NCBI GenBank assembly: GCA_964342295.1
Contig: CAYFFC010000001.1
Span: 72,453-136,452, forward strand
Origin: an uncultured Lutibacter sp.
Lineage (GTDB): Bacteria; Bacteroidota; Bacteroidia; Flavobacteriales; Flavobacteriaceae
Direction: 5' to 3'
DNA: 64,000 nucleotides
A program made the position numbers and the translations under genes. Shown here one piece after another: positions 20,390-29,212 of the stretch (position 1 is its first letter; each line of letters starts with the position of its first letter). The notes below the pieces were generated by a model, which was not told the origin of the DNA, ran no database searches, and worked only from the letters and a program-made list of their open reading frames with translations.

Positions 20390-21370
20390 TTATGAAAATT
20401 TCTGCAACACTTCATCAAAAACATCATATACTTCTGCTGCTGAATCAGATGTTACCATTTTTAACCGGTATTCCTTAAAATGCGGAATTCCCTTAAAGTA
20501 ATTGGTATAGTGGCGTCTGGTTTCCATAACACCAACTATTTCACTTTCTTTCCAGTCAATTTCCATTTGTAAGTGGCGTTTTGCCATTTCAACACGCTGT
20601 GGAATAGTAATTTCAGGTAAGTGTGTACCGGTTTCAAAAAAATATTTCACTTGTTTAAAAAACCACGGATTTCCAATACTTGCACGTCCAATCATTGCTC
20701 CGTCAAGTCCGTAAGTATCGCGCATTTCAACAGCTCGTTCAGGTGTGTTTACATCGCCATTTCCAAATACGGGAATATGCATACGTTGGTTATTTTTAAC
20801 CTCGGCAATAGGTTTCCAATCGGCCTCTCCTTTATACATTTGCGTACGTGTTCTTCCGTGGATAGAAATTGCTTTACAGCCAACATCTTGCAGGCGTTCG
20901 GCAACTTCAACAATTTTAATAGAGTCGTGATCCCAACCAAGACGCGTTTTAACCGTAACTGGTAATTTGGTGTGTTTTACCATAGCATCCGTTAGTTTTA
21001 CCATTAAGTCGATATCTTTCAAAATCCCGGCACCGGCACCTTTACTAACTACTTTTTTTACCGGGCATCCAAAATTAATATCAATAATATCAGGTTCAGA
21101 CTTTTCTACAATTTCTACCGTTTTTAGCATCGACTCTAAATTGGCGCCAAAAATCTGTATGCCAACCGGGCGTTCTTTTTCGTAAATATCAAGTTTTTTA
21201 ACACTCTTTGCAGCGTCTCTTATAAGCCCTTCAGAAGAAATAAATTCGGTATAAACAACATCTGCCCCCTGCTCTTTGCACAATGCTCTAAAAGGCGGGT
21301 CGCTCACATCTTCCATTGGTGCCAACAACAACGGAAATTTTGGTAATACTATGTCTCCTATTTTAACCAA
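20390..21370 (-). CDS. dusB: tRNA dihydrouridine synthase B (intact copy)
   Basis: LLAPMEDVSD, DINFGCP, HGRT, GNGD. Start is more likely the TTG at 21370 (VKIGDI), because the ORF-track start at 21391 lies inside the TAATTTTG promoter (21389-21396). Confidence 0.95.
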   Translation of the reverse strand: MVKIGDIVLPKFPLLLAPMEDVSDPPFRALCKEQGADVVYTEFISSEGLIRDAAKSVKKLDIYEKERPVGIQIFGANLESMLKTVEIVEKSEPDIIDINFGCPVKKVVSKGAGAGILKDIDLMVKLTDAMVKHTKLPVTVKTRLGWDHDSIKIVEVAERLQDVGCKAISIHGRTRTQMYKGEADWKPIAEVKNNQRMHIPVFGNGDVNTPERAVEMRDTYGLDGAMIGRASIGNPWFFKQVKYFFETGTHLPEITIPQRVEMAKRHLQMEIDWKESEIVGVMETRRHYTNYFKGIPHFKEYRLKMVTSDSAAEVYDVFDEVLQKFS

Positions 21371-21453
21371 ATCAAAAAAATTAGTGGGCAAAATTAATCA
21401 ATTTTTATGATTTCTATTTTCTTTTATAAAATTGTACATTTGAAATTCTTAAA

Positions 21454-22560
21454 ATGAAACGCATGAAAAACCTATTAATTATTCTTTCGCTTTGTTTATT
21501 AATTGTAAGTTGTAAAAACGTCTTTAAACACGATGGGGAATCCGGTGCAACAGCAATAGCAAATATTGTGCACTACCCACAAGAAAAACATTTAAAAAAC
21601 ATCAAACAACTTACATTTGGCGGAGATAATGCTGAAGCCTATTGGAGTAACGATGGAAAAAAACTAGTGTTTCAATCAAACAATAAAAAATGGGGATTGA
21701 ATTGCGATCAAATTTTTGTAACAGATGCCCAAATACCATTAGACAGTACGCAAATTCCTCAAAAAATTAGTACCGGATTTGGAAGAACCACATGCAGTTA
21801 TTTTTTACCGGGCGATTCCACCATAGTGTATTCATCTACGCATTTGGCTGCCAAAGATTGTCCGCCGGTACCAAAAAAAGAGGATTATGGTAATAAATAC
21901 ATTTGGCCTGTTTATGAGGGTTACGATATTTTTGTAGCCGATATTCATGGAAATCAGTTAAAACAACTCACATTTGAAAGTGGTTACGATGCCGAACCAA
22001 CGGTATCCCCAAAAGGTGATAAAATTGTATTTACTTCAACCCGCACAGGAGACTTGGAGTTATTTACTATGAATATTGATGGAAGTGATGTTAAACAAAT
22101 AACCAACGAGTTGGGTTATGATGGTGGCGCCTTTTTTTCACCCGATGGTGAAAAGTTAATTTTTCGCTCTTCCAGGCCAAAAACACCAGTTGAAATTGAA
22201 GAGTACAAAGCACTTTTAGAAAAAGGATTGGTACAACCTACAAATATGGAACTGTATGTTTGTAATGTTGATGGTACCGAACTTAAAAAAATTACCGATT
22301 TAGGCAGTGCAAACTGGGCCCCGTTTTTTCACCCTTCAGGAAAAAAAGTGATATTTTCATCAAATCATAAATCAAAAAGTAGTTTCAATTTATTTATGAT
22401 TAATTTAGACGGTACAGGTTTAGAACAAATTACGTATGATAGTGTTTTTGATGCGTTCCCAATGTTTTCTTACGATGGAAAAAAATTAGTTTTTTCTTCA
22501 AATAGAAACAATAATGGTACGCACGACACCAATTTATTTATTGCTGATTGGGTAGAATAA
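21454..22560 (+). CDS. TolB-like/PD40-repeat beta-propeller lipoprotein
   Basis: Lipobox IVSC; repeats NAEAYWS, DAEPTVSP, DGGAFFSPDG, WAPFFHP, DAFPMFS; promoter TACATTTG at 21435-21442. Confidence 0.8.
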   Translation: MKRMKNLLIILSLCLLIVSCKNVFKHDGESGATAIANIVHYPQEKHLKNIKQLTFGGDNAEAYWSNDGKKLVFQSNNKKWGLNCDQIFVTDAQIPLDSTQIPQKISTGFGRTTCSYFLPGDSTIVYSSTHLAAKDCPPVPKKEDYGNKYIWPVYEGYDIFVADIHGNQLKQLTFESGYDAEPTVSPKGDKIVFTSTRTGDLELFTMNIDGSDVKQITNELGYDGGAFFSPDGEKLIFRSSRPKTPVEIEEYKALLEKGLVQPTNMELYVCNVDGTELKKITDLGSANWAPFFHPSGKKVIFSSNHKSKSSFNLFMINLDGTGLEQITYDSVFDAFPMFSYDGKKLVFSSNRNNNGTHDTNLFIADWVE

Positions 22561-22570
22561 AAAATAAAAG

Positions 22571-23551
22571 ATGACAAAAAAATACAATTGGGCTATTTTG
22601 GGATGTGGTAACATTGCTCAAAAATTTGCGACAGAATTAAAGGAACTTCCAAATGCTAATTTATATGCTGCTTCGTCTAGAAGTTTTGAAAATGCTAAAA
22701 ATTTTGCCAATAATTTTGGTTTTGAAAAAGCCTACGGCTCTTACCAAGAAATGGTAAATGATGATAATGTAGCTATTGTTTATGTTGCAACACCACACAA
22801 TTTTCATAAAGAACATTCTATTCTTTGCTTAAATCATAAAAAAGCGGTTTTGTGTGAAAAAGCATTTGCAATTAACACTAATGAAGTTGAGCAAATGATT
22901 GCTTGTTCAAAAAAGAACAATACATTTTTAATGGAAGCTTTTTGGGTAATTTTTAGACCAAAATATTTAAAAGTTAAAGAAATAATTGCTTCGGAAGACT
23001 TAGGTAAACTCAAATTTGTAAAGTCAGATTTTATGTTTAATGGTGAATACAATCCAAAAAACAGATTGTATAATGTTGATTTAGGAGGTGGATCGTTATT
23101 AGACATTGGTATTTATTCCATATTTACAGCGCTCATGTTTTTAGGTTCTCCTGATGAAATAAAAACCATTCCACATTTTAGTCCAACCGGTTCAGAAGAA
23201 AGTATTTCAATGTTGTTTGGATATAAAAATGGAGCTTCAGCTGTGTTAACTTCAAGTTTTGATTCGGAATACAAAAACGAATCTGAATTGTGTTTTGAAA
23301 ATGGAATTATAAAATACGGTAGGTTTTCAAAAGATCCAATTTTGTTACTTAAAGAAGGAAAAACTAAAGAGATTCATTTTGAAAACGGCACTCATTTAGG
23401 ATACAAATTTGAAGCTATACATGTTATGGAATGCTTAGATAAAAAACTTATTGAAAGTCCGGTTTTACCATTTTCAACAAGTTTAGAATTAATGAAAATT
23501 TTAGATTGGGTTAGAAAAGATGCTGGGATTGTATTTCCAAATCACGATTAA
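22571..23551 (+). CDS. Gfo/Idh/MocA family oxidoreductase
   Basis: WAILGCGNIA, YVATPHNFH, VLCEKAF, GGGSLLDIGIY. Confidence 0.9.
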   Translation: MTKKYNWAILGCGNIAQKFATELKELPNANLYAASSRSFENAKNFANNFGFEKAYGSYQEMVNDDNVAIVYVATPHNFHKEHSILCLNHKKAVLCEKAFAINTNEVEQMIACSKKNNTFLMEAFWVIFRPKYLKVKEIIASEDLGKLKFVKSDFMFNGEYNPKNRLYNVDLGGGSLLDIGIYSIFTALMFLGSPDEIKTIPHFSPTGSEESISMLFGYKNGASAVLTSSFDSEYKNESELCFENGIIKYGRFSKDPILLLKEGKTKEIHFENGTHLGYKFEAIHVMECLDKKLIESPVLPFSTSLELMKILDWVRKDAGIVFPNHD

Positions 23552-23591
23552 AACTATTCAATTTTTTAATAAAAAATTAATTCAACATTTT

Positions 23592-23617
23592 AAAAGCCTT
23601 GTAATTACAAGGCTTTT
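23592..23617. repeat. Perfect 26-bp palindrome, probable terminator of the gfo gene, located at the duplication breakpoint
   Basis: aaaagccttgtaa|ttacaaggctttt; the right arm is the first 13 nt of the permease fragment. Confidence 0.8.
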
Positions 23618-23835
23618 TACTTACCTTTTTTGGAATGTTTATTGGACTATCAATAGGGATAATCTTGGTGTTGGCTCAAAAAAAATATCAATTATTTATG
23701 ATTACACCTCATTTAGCTTACCCTGTTGAATTTACTTTTTATAATATTGCTGTTGTAACGTCAACAATACTTGTGCTTGGCTTTTTAGCTTCAAAAATTG
23801 CAAGCAGTAGAATTTCAAAAAAGTTAGTAGCATAA
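23605..23835 (+). pseudogene. C-terminal 76-codon fragment of a second LolC/E-type permease
   Basis: LQGFLLT...MITPHLAYPVEF...ASKIASSRIS aligns without gaps to residues 325-400 of the gene at 18455-19657; an in-frame TAA precedes it and no N-terminal part is present. Confidence 0.85.
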
Positions 23836-23969
23836 TTATTCGCAATTTTCAATAACATAACGCAACAAATCTAAAAGTCGAAGAATCTATCTAGCTATCT
23901 CTGTATCAAGTCACAGATTGCCACAATTTTAAACAAATTACGGACGCCTAAATTAAACTTTAAAACTAA

Positions 23970-24950
23970 TTACGAAAACTTCTGCAAAACTTCATCAAAA
24001 ACATTGTAAACATCTTGCGCAGAATCTGAAGTCACCATTTTTAAACGATATTCTTTAAAATGAGGTATTCCTTTAAAGTAATTGGTATAATGTCTGCGAG
24101 TTTCCATAACCCCAACAATTTCACTTTCTTTCCAAGCTATTTCCATTTGTAAATGGCGTTTGGCCATTGCCACTCTATCGGCAATTGTAATTTCAGGTAA
24201 ATGTTCTCCTGTATTAAAAAAGTGTTTTACTTGTCTAAAAAACCAAGGATTACCAATACTTGCTCTTCCAATCATTGCGCCATCCAGTCCAAAGTTATCA
24301 CGCATTTCAACGGCCTTTTCCGGAGAGTTTACATCGCCATTTCCAAAAACTGGAATGTGCATTCTTTGGTTATTCTTAACTTCAGCAATTGGAGCCCAAT
24401 CTGCTTCGCCTTTATACATTTGAGCGCGTGTACGCCCGTGAATTGAAATGGCCTTACAACCAACATCTTGTAAACGTTCAGCTACTTCCACTATTTTTAT
24501 TGAATCGTGATCCCAACCCAACCTGGTTTTTACCGTTATTGGTAAATTGGTATGTTTTACCATAGCATCGGTTAAACTCACCATTAAATCAATATCCTTC
24601 AAAATTCCAGCTCCAGCTCCTTTGCTTACCACTTTTTTTACCGGGCAACCAAAATTAATATCAATAATATCTGGTTTTGATTGCTCAACTATTTCAACGG
24701 TTCTTAACATTGATTCTAGATTTGCTCCAAAAATTTGAATCCCTACCGGACGTTCTTTTTCGTAAATATCAAGCTTTTTTCTACTTTTTGCAGCATCACG
24801 TATCAACCCTTCCGAAGAAATAAATTCAGTAAACACCACATCAGCACCTTGTTCTTTGCATAATGCTCTAAACGGTGGATCACTCACATCTTCCATTGGT
24901 GCTTACAACAACGGAAAATCATTTAACTCTATGTCTCCTATTTTTACCAA
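23970..24950 (-). pseudogene. dusB: Second dusB copy with an in-frame stop at codon 16
   Basis: TTG-VKIGDIELNDFPLL*APMEDV, with TAA at 24905-24903 where copy 1 has a Leu codon; about 92% aa identity to copy 1 (25 differences in 308 aa, counted by eye); own TAATTTTG promoter at 24968-24975. Confidence 0.8.
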
Positions 24951-25046
24951 ATCTAAATTTTAAGCTGCAAAATTACGCAATTTTTTAATTATCCTTTACC
25001 ACAAATTTCACATTGAAAAATCAAGTTAAATATCGTATGGGTTGAT

Positions 25047-25092
25047 AAAAAATAAACTTAACAGAGATTAATATCTATTAAGTTTATTTTTT
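25047..25092 (-). terminator. Hairpin after the beta-carbonic anhydrase operon
   Basis: aaaaaataaacttaa...ttaagtttatttttt, 15-bp arms. Confidence 0.55.
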
Positions 25093-25111
25093 TATATTCT
25101 ATATTTAATCA

Positions 25112-25723
25112 TTAAATAAATGACACTGCTCCTGTTGCAACATTATAATTAGCTCCAACAATTTTTATTTCGCCATTCTTTTCCATTTCATTTAAAATTG
25201 GACTTTCTTCTTTTATTCTTTCTATTGAATGAGCAATATTTTTTAATGTAACTTCTTCAATTTGTCCATCTGTCATTTCAGATCCATCTTTTCGAATTTC
25301 ACTTACAGCTGGTTTAATTTTATCTAATAAAGTTGTGATGTTTCCTAACTCAACATCTTTACATGCTGCTGTAACTGCACCACATTTTGTGTGTCCTAAA
25401 ACTACAAGTATCTTGGATCCGGCTACTTTACATGCATATTCCATTGAACCTAATACATCTTCATTTACTACATTTCCCGCTACTCTAACACTAAAAAGAT
25501 CTCCAATTCCTTGATCAAAAACTAATTCAGCTGGTACACGAGAATCTATACAACTTAAAATAACTGCAAACGGGTATTGACCTGAGCTAGTATCGCCTAC
25601 TTGTTCTATTAAATTTCTATTTGCTTTTAAATTTTTTTGAAATCGTAAGTTTCCTTCTTTTAAAAATTGTAATGACTTTTCAGGAGTCATTGTTGCTTGT
25701 GTTTCTTTTGTATGTGCTTTCAT
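25112..25723 (-). CDS. Beta-carbonic anhydrase (copy 1)
   Basis: Zn motifs LSCIDSRVP and GHTKCGAV; VRVAGN; GSMEY. Confidence 0.93.
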   Translation of the reverse strand: MKAHTKETQATMTPEKSLQFLKEGNLRFQKNLKANRNLIEQVGDTSSGQYPFAVILSCIDSRVPAELVFDQGIGDLFSVRVAGNVVNEDVLGSMEYACKVAGSKILVVLGHTKCGAVTAACKDVELGNITTLLDKIKPAVSEIRKDGSEMTDGQIEEVTLKNIAHSIERIKEESPILNEMEKNGEIKIVGANYNVATGAVSFI

Positions 25724-25749
25724 ATTTGTTTTGTTTTATTAAAAATAGA

Positions 25750-26556
25750 TTATGCTTCAGAAAATAATAACGAAACGTTTAACTTGCTTACGACTTCTTT
25801 TAATGATGTCTTAGCATTTATAGTGTTATTTGTGTCATTTTTATCTCTATCTACACATAATAAATTAATGTTGTTTTTTTGTAAATACGAAGAAAGTGTT
25901 GTCATAACATTCGCATTTTGCTCAAATACATACTCTACCATTTTTTCTTCGTTTAATTTTGATGTGTTTGTGATTGAGTTTTGACTATTAAGAATTCTAA
26001 AAGATTTTAACGGCGCTTTTGTATGTGGCAATAAATCATTAGAAAGCTCAGTTTTCATAATTTTATTAGAACCATTTAACACCCCTAAAGACATTTTTTC
26101 ATTTGGTACCAATGCGTTTTCATTTGAAGAAATCATTACAACTCCATTAAACTTTTTTAGTATAAAGCGTGTAATGCTATCTCCAATTAGTTTAAAAGGA
26201 GCTGATTCACGATGACCTAAAACAATAATATCTGGATTGTAAATTTCTATTTGTTTTTGAATTTCTTCTTTCACTTTTCCAAATGCATAATTACCATTAA
26301 TTTTTACATCGTATTCTTTTGAAAAGCTGTTAATAATGTCATTTATTTTCTTTTTAGTTTTCTTATGCTCTTCATTTAAAGTTCGCATTGTAGATAATTG
26401 ATTATCTCTATCTACAATATCTAAATATTCTTTAACATGAAATAATGTTATTTTTGCACCAATCATCTGGGCTAAACTCACACTATTTTTTAATGTAGAA
26501 TTTGCTGTTTTCTTTAAGTCTAAAAGTACGAGTATTTTATATTTATCATTTCTCAT
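25750..26556 (-). CDS. Universal stress protein (UspA family, tandem-like)
   Basis: KILVLLD, ITLFHV, DIIVLG, IGDSIT pattern. Confidence 0.75.
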   Translation of the reverse strand: MRNDKYKILVLLDLKKTANSTLKNSVSLAQMIGAKITLFHVKEYLDIVDRDNQLSTMRTLNEEHKKTKKKINDIINSFSKEYDVKINGNYAFGKVKEEIQKQIEIYNPDIIVLGHRESAPFKLIGDSITRFILKKFNGVVMISSNENALVPNEKMSLGVLNGSNKIMKTELSNDLLPHTKAPLKSFRILNSQNSITNTSKLNEEKMVEYVFEQNANVMTTLSSYLQKNNINLLCVDRDKNDTNNTINAKTSLKEVVSKLNVSLLFSEA

Positions 26557-26562
26557 TACTTA

Positions 26563-28155
26563 CTAACTTAAACTTATATTAGACTTGGGCCTTAATTGGA
26601 AAAACTCAATAAAACTTGGTGGATTTTCTACAACACCTCTTTTTGAAATTAACTTGATATCGATATTTCTTTCTTTGGCTTTAAACGCAAAATCCTCTAA
26701 AATTTCAATAATATCATAATCCAAGTATCTTGTTTTAGTAACATCAAACTCTAGATAAGTATCTATTGGCAGGTTATCTAATTCTTTTAAGATAGCTCCT
26801 TTATTAAAAAATGTAACTTCTTCAGCTAACTCCATTTTAATTTTGTGCTTTCCGTTGCTCTTATCTTCAATATGTAAAAAATGAGAATTTTGGTAACTTT
26901 TTAATAAAATAACAATAATACCAACTAATAACCCTAATCCAATTCCAACCAATAAATCTGTAAAAACAATACCAAATACAGTGGCAAAAAACGGTACAGA
27001 TTGTTTCCACCCTAATTTGTACATTTTTTTAAACAATGCAGGCTTAGCTAATTTGTAACCTACAATAAAAAGGATTGCTGCTAATACAGAAAGCGGAATC
27101 ATATTTAATAAACGTGGAATAAGTATTACAGAAATTAACAATAAGAAACCATGAATAATTGCCGACATTTTACTTCTACCTCCAGATTGAATGTTAGCTG
27201 AACTTCTTACAATTACCTGTGTTATTGGTAAACCTCCAATTAATCCAGAAATAATATTTCCACCACCTTGTGCTAGTAATTCTCTATTAGTTGGGGTAAC
27301 ATTTTTATGCGGATCCAACTTATCTGTAGCCTCTACACATAATAAAGTTTCTAAACTAGCAACCAATGCTATAGTAAATGCTATAACCCAAACATCTGGA
27401 TTTGTTATTGCTGCAAAGTTCGGAAAACTAAATTGCCCTAAAAATGAATCCAAATTGTCTGGAATAGGAACACTAACTAAATGTGATGTACTTATACCAA
27501 ACTTTGAATTAGAACTTGTTACAACAAAGTAAATAATACCTGCTACAACTGCTACTAATGGCCCTTGAATTAATTGAAATATTTTCCCTTTTTTAGATAA
27601 AACATTACTCCAAAGTAATAATATTCCTAAAGCTATTAATCCAATTGCAGTAGACCCTAAACTAATGTTATTTAACGCCATAAAAATCTCCGAAAATGTA
27701 TTCCCTCCATCAACCTGAAAAAAGGCAAAATCACCTTCTGGATCGGCATCATAACCAAAAAAATGCGGTATCTGCTTCAGAATAATAATAATTCCTATAC
27801 CTGTTAACATTCCTTTAATTACAGAAGAAGGAAAATAATATCCGATAATCCCTGCTCTTAATAATCCAAAAATTAATTGAATAACCCCTCCTAAAACTAC
27901 AGCTACTAAGAAATTTTCATAACTCCCTAAAGTTCCTATTGCTGTTAATACAATTGCAGCTAAACCTGCAGCAGGGCCACTCACTCCAATTTTAGAACCA
28001 CTTAATCCTCCTACTATTATACCTCCTACAATTCCGGCAATTAAACCCGAAAAAAGAGGTGCCCCACTTGCTAATGCAATACCTAAACATAATGGTAATG
28101 CAACAAAAAATACGACTATACTTGCTGGTAAGTCACTTTTAATACTTTTAAACAT
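26563..28155 (-). CDS. SulP/SLC26 anion transporter with short STAS domain (copy 1)
   Basis: ALPLCLGIA, SGPAAG, ELLAQG, GGLPIT, RSSAN, STAS-like FFNKG. Confidence 0.92.
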   Translation of the reverse strand: MFKSIKSDLPASIVVFFVALPLCLGIALASGAPLFSGLIAGIVGGIIVGGLSGSKIGVSGPAAGLAAIVLTAIGTLGSYENFLVAVVLGGVIQLIFGLLRAGIIGYYFPSSVIKGMLTGIGIIIILKQIPHFFGYDADPEGDFAFFQVDGGNTFSEIFMALNNISLGSTAIGLIALGILLLWSNVLSKKGKIFQLIQGPLVAVVAGIIYFVVTSSNSKFGISTSHLVSVPIPDNLDSFLGQFSFPNFAAITNPDVWVIAFTIALVASLETLLCVEATDKLDPHKNVTPTNRELLAQGGGNIISGLIGGLPITQVIVRSSANIQSGGRSKMSAIIHGFLLLISVILIPRLLNMIPLSVLAAILFIVGYKLAKPALFKKMYKLGWKQSVPFFATVFGIVFTDLLVGIGLGLLVGIIVILLKSYQNSHFLHIEDKSNGKHKIKMELAEEVTFFNKGAILKELDNLPIDTYLEFDVTKTRYLDYDIIEILEDFAFKAKERNIDIKLISKRGVVENPPSFIEFFQLRPKSNISLS

Positions 28156-28230
28156 ATTATAAATAATTTTGCTTTTAGTTACTTAAAACTAAATTTTAAT
28201 GATTGTTTCTAATTGAGATATTTAACCGAT

Positions 28231-28527
28231 TTATAAAGTGTAGTAATCGGGCGGGGGAGAAATAATATCTAAATACGGTTTACCATATTTTTTACTGAAA
28301 TACAGCAAATTAGTTTTCAAGCATGATAAAAAGGTACCTGAATTATTAGATTTCATCTGAGGAAATATGACTTTAAATTCTAAATTTTTTTCACTTTCTT
28401 CATCATCAGGTGTTGACATAATTAATGAAATATCAATAGTATTATCAACCATTGTAAGAATAGTTGGTAAGCCTATAAATAGGAAAAAAAGTGTTGAGAA
28501 AACTAAAGAAATTCCTCTTTTTTTCAT
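28231..28527 (-). CDS. Small membrane-anchored hypothetical protein leading the sulP-usp-CA operon; C-terminal PPP motif
   Basis: One N-terminal TM helix, acidic DDEESE stretch, ISPPPD end; TATATTTG promoter at 28551-28558. Confidence 0.65.
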   Translation of the reverse strand: MKKRGISLVFSTLFFLFIGLPTILTMVDNTIDISLIMSTPDDEESEKNLEFKVIFPQMKSNNSGTFLSCLKTNLLYFSKKYGKPYLDIISPPPDYYTL

Positions 28528-29100
28528 TTCATTTTTGATTTTATCGATGGCAAATATAATAATACTTATTTACAATAATAGTATTACTATTATAAAAAAG
28601 TGTTAAGCTTTCAATTATGCGTGTTAAATTTGAATCACTTATTAAAATGAACAAAATAGAAAACACATTTTAAAAGGGCTTTGAAATGAGTATAAAAATA
28701 TCATAAAATAAAGGCTTATATTTTAATGAATCTCAAAGCTGAAAACTTTGAAGAAAAATGACAAAACATAGTATAATAAGTATTGAAAATTTCAATTTTA
28801 AGGCATTTACTTTAAGATCGTAATGAAAGAAAAAAATTCAAAAGTAGCTTCTAAATAAGTGTTTTGAAAATGAGCACCATGAATGTAATTGACTCGAAGT
28901 TAAACATAAAATGCACTCCTTTGTTACTATACATAAAGAAAACGCAATTTTCAAAAGTCCTTTCAGGGATTAACTAAAATTTAAATATCCATATGCTTTG
29001 GCCACAAACCTATTTGAAATATAAAATAAAAGCAACTAATTTGCTTAGTATCTGATATCTCAATTAAAGAAAAGTAACCTTCAAAAAAACTAAATTAGTT

Positions 29101-29160
29101 TTATTACAACTATTAATCATCTCTTTTTATATGGGTTAATTAAATTAATAGTTGTAATAA
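29101..29160. repeat. Perfect 17-bp inverted repeat with 26-nt spacer upstream of tetR
   Basis: ttattacaactattaat (29101-29117) / attaatagttgtaataa (29144-29160). Confidence 0.75.
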
Positions 29161-29212
29161 TTTCATTTTAACTAGTAATACTGCTATATTTACAATAAAT
29201 ACTTAGTACTTT

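Noticed and set aside
21371-21391. ORF-track N-terminal extension of dusB1 (MPTNFFD)
   Set aside because: It overlaps the TAATTTTG promoter element and is not conserved in copy 2; both copies align from TTG-VKIGDI.
23635-23835. ORF-track 66-aa ORF as an independent small membrane protein
   Set aside because: It is collinear with the last residues of the permease at 18455-19657, homology extends upstream of its Met to 23605, and it has no promoter of its own.
24903-24905. Stop-codon reassignment or read-through to explain the TAA in dusB2
   Set aside because: TAA terminates most genes in the window, and no other gene shows internal stops.
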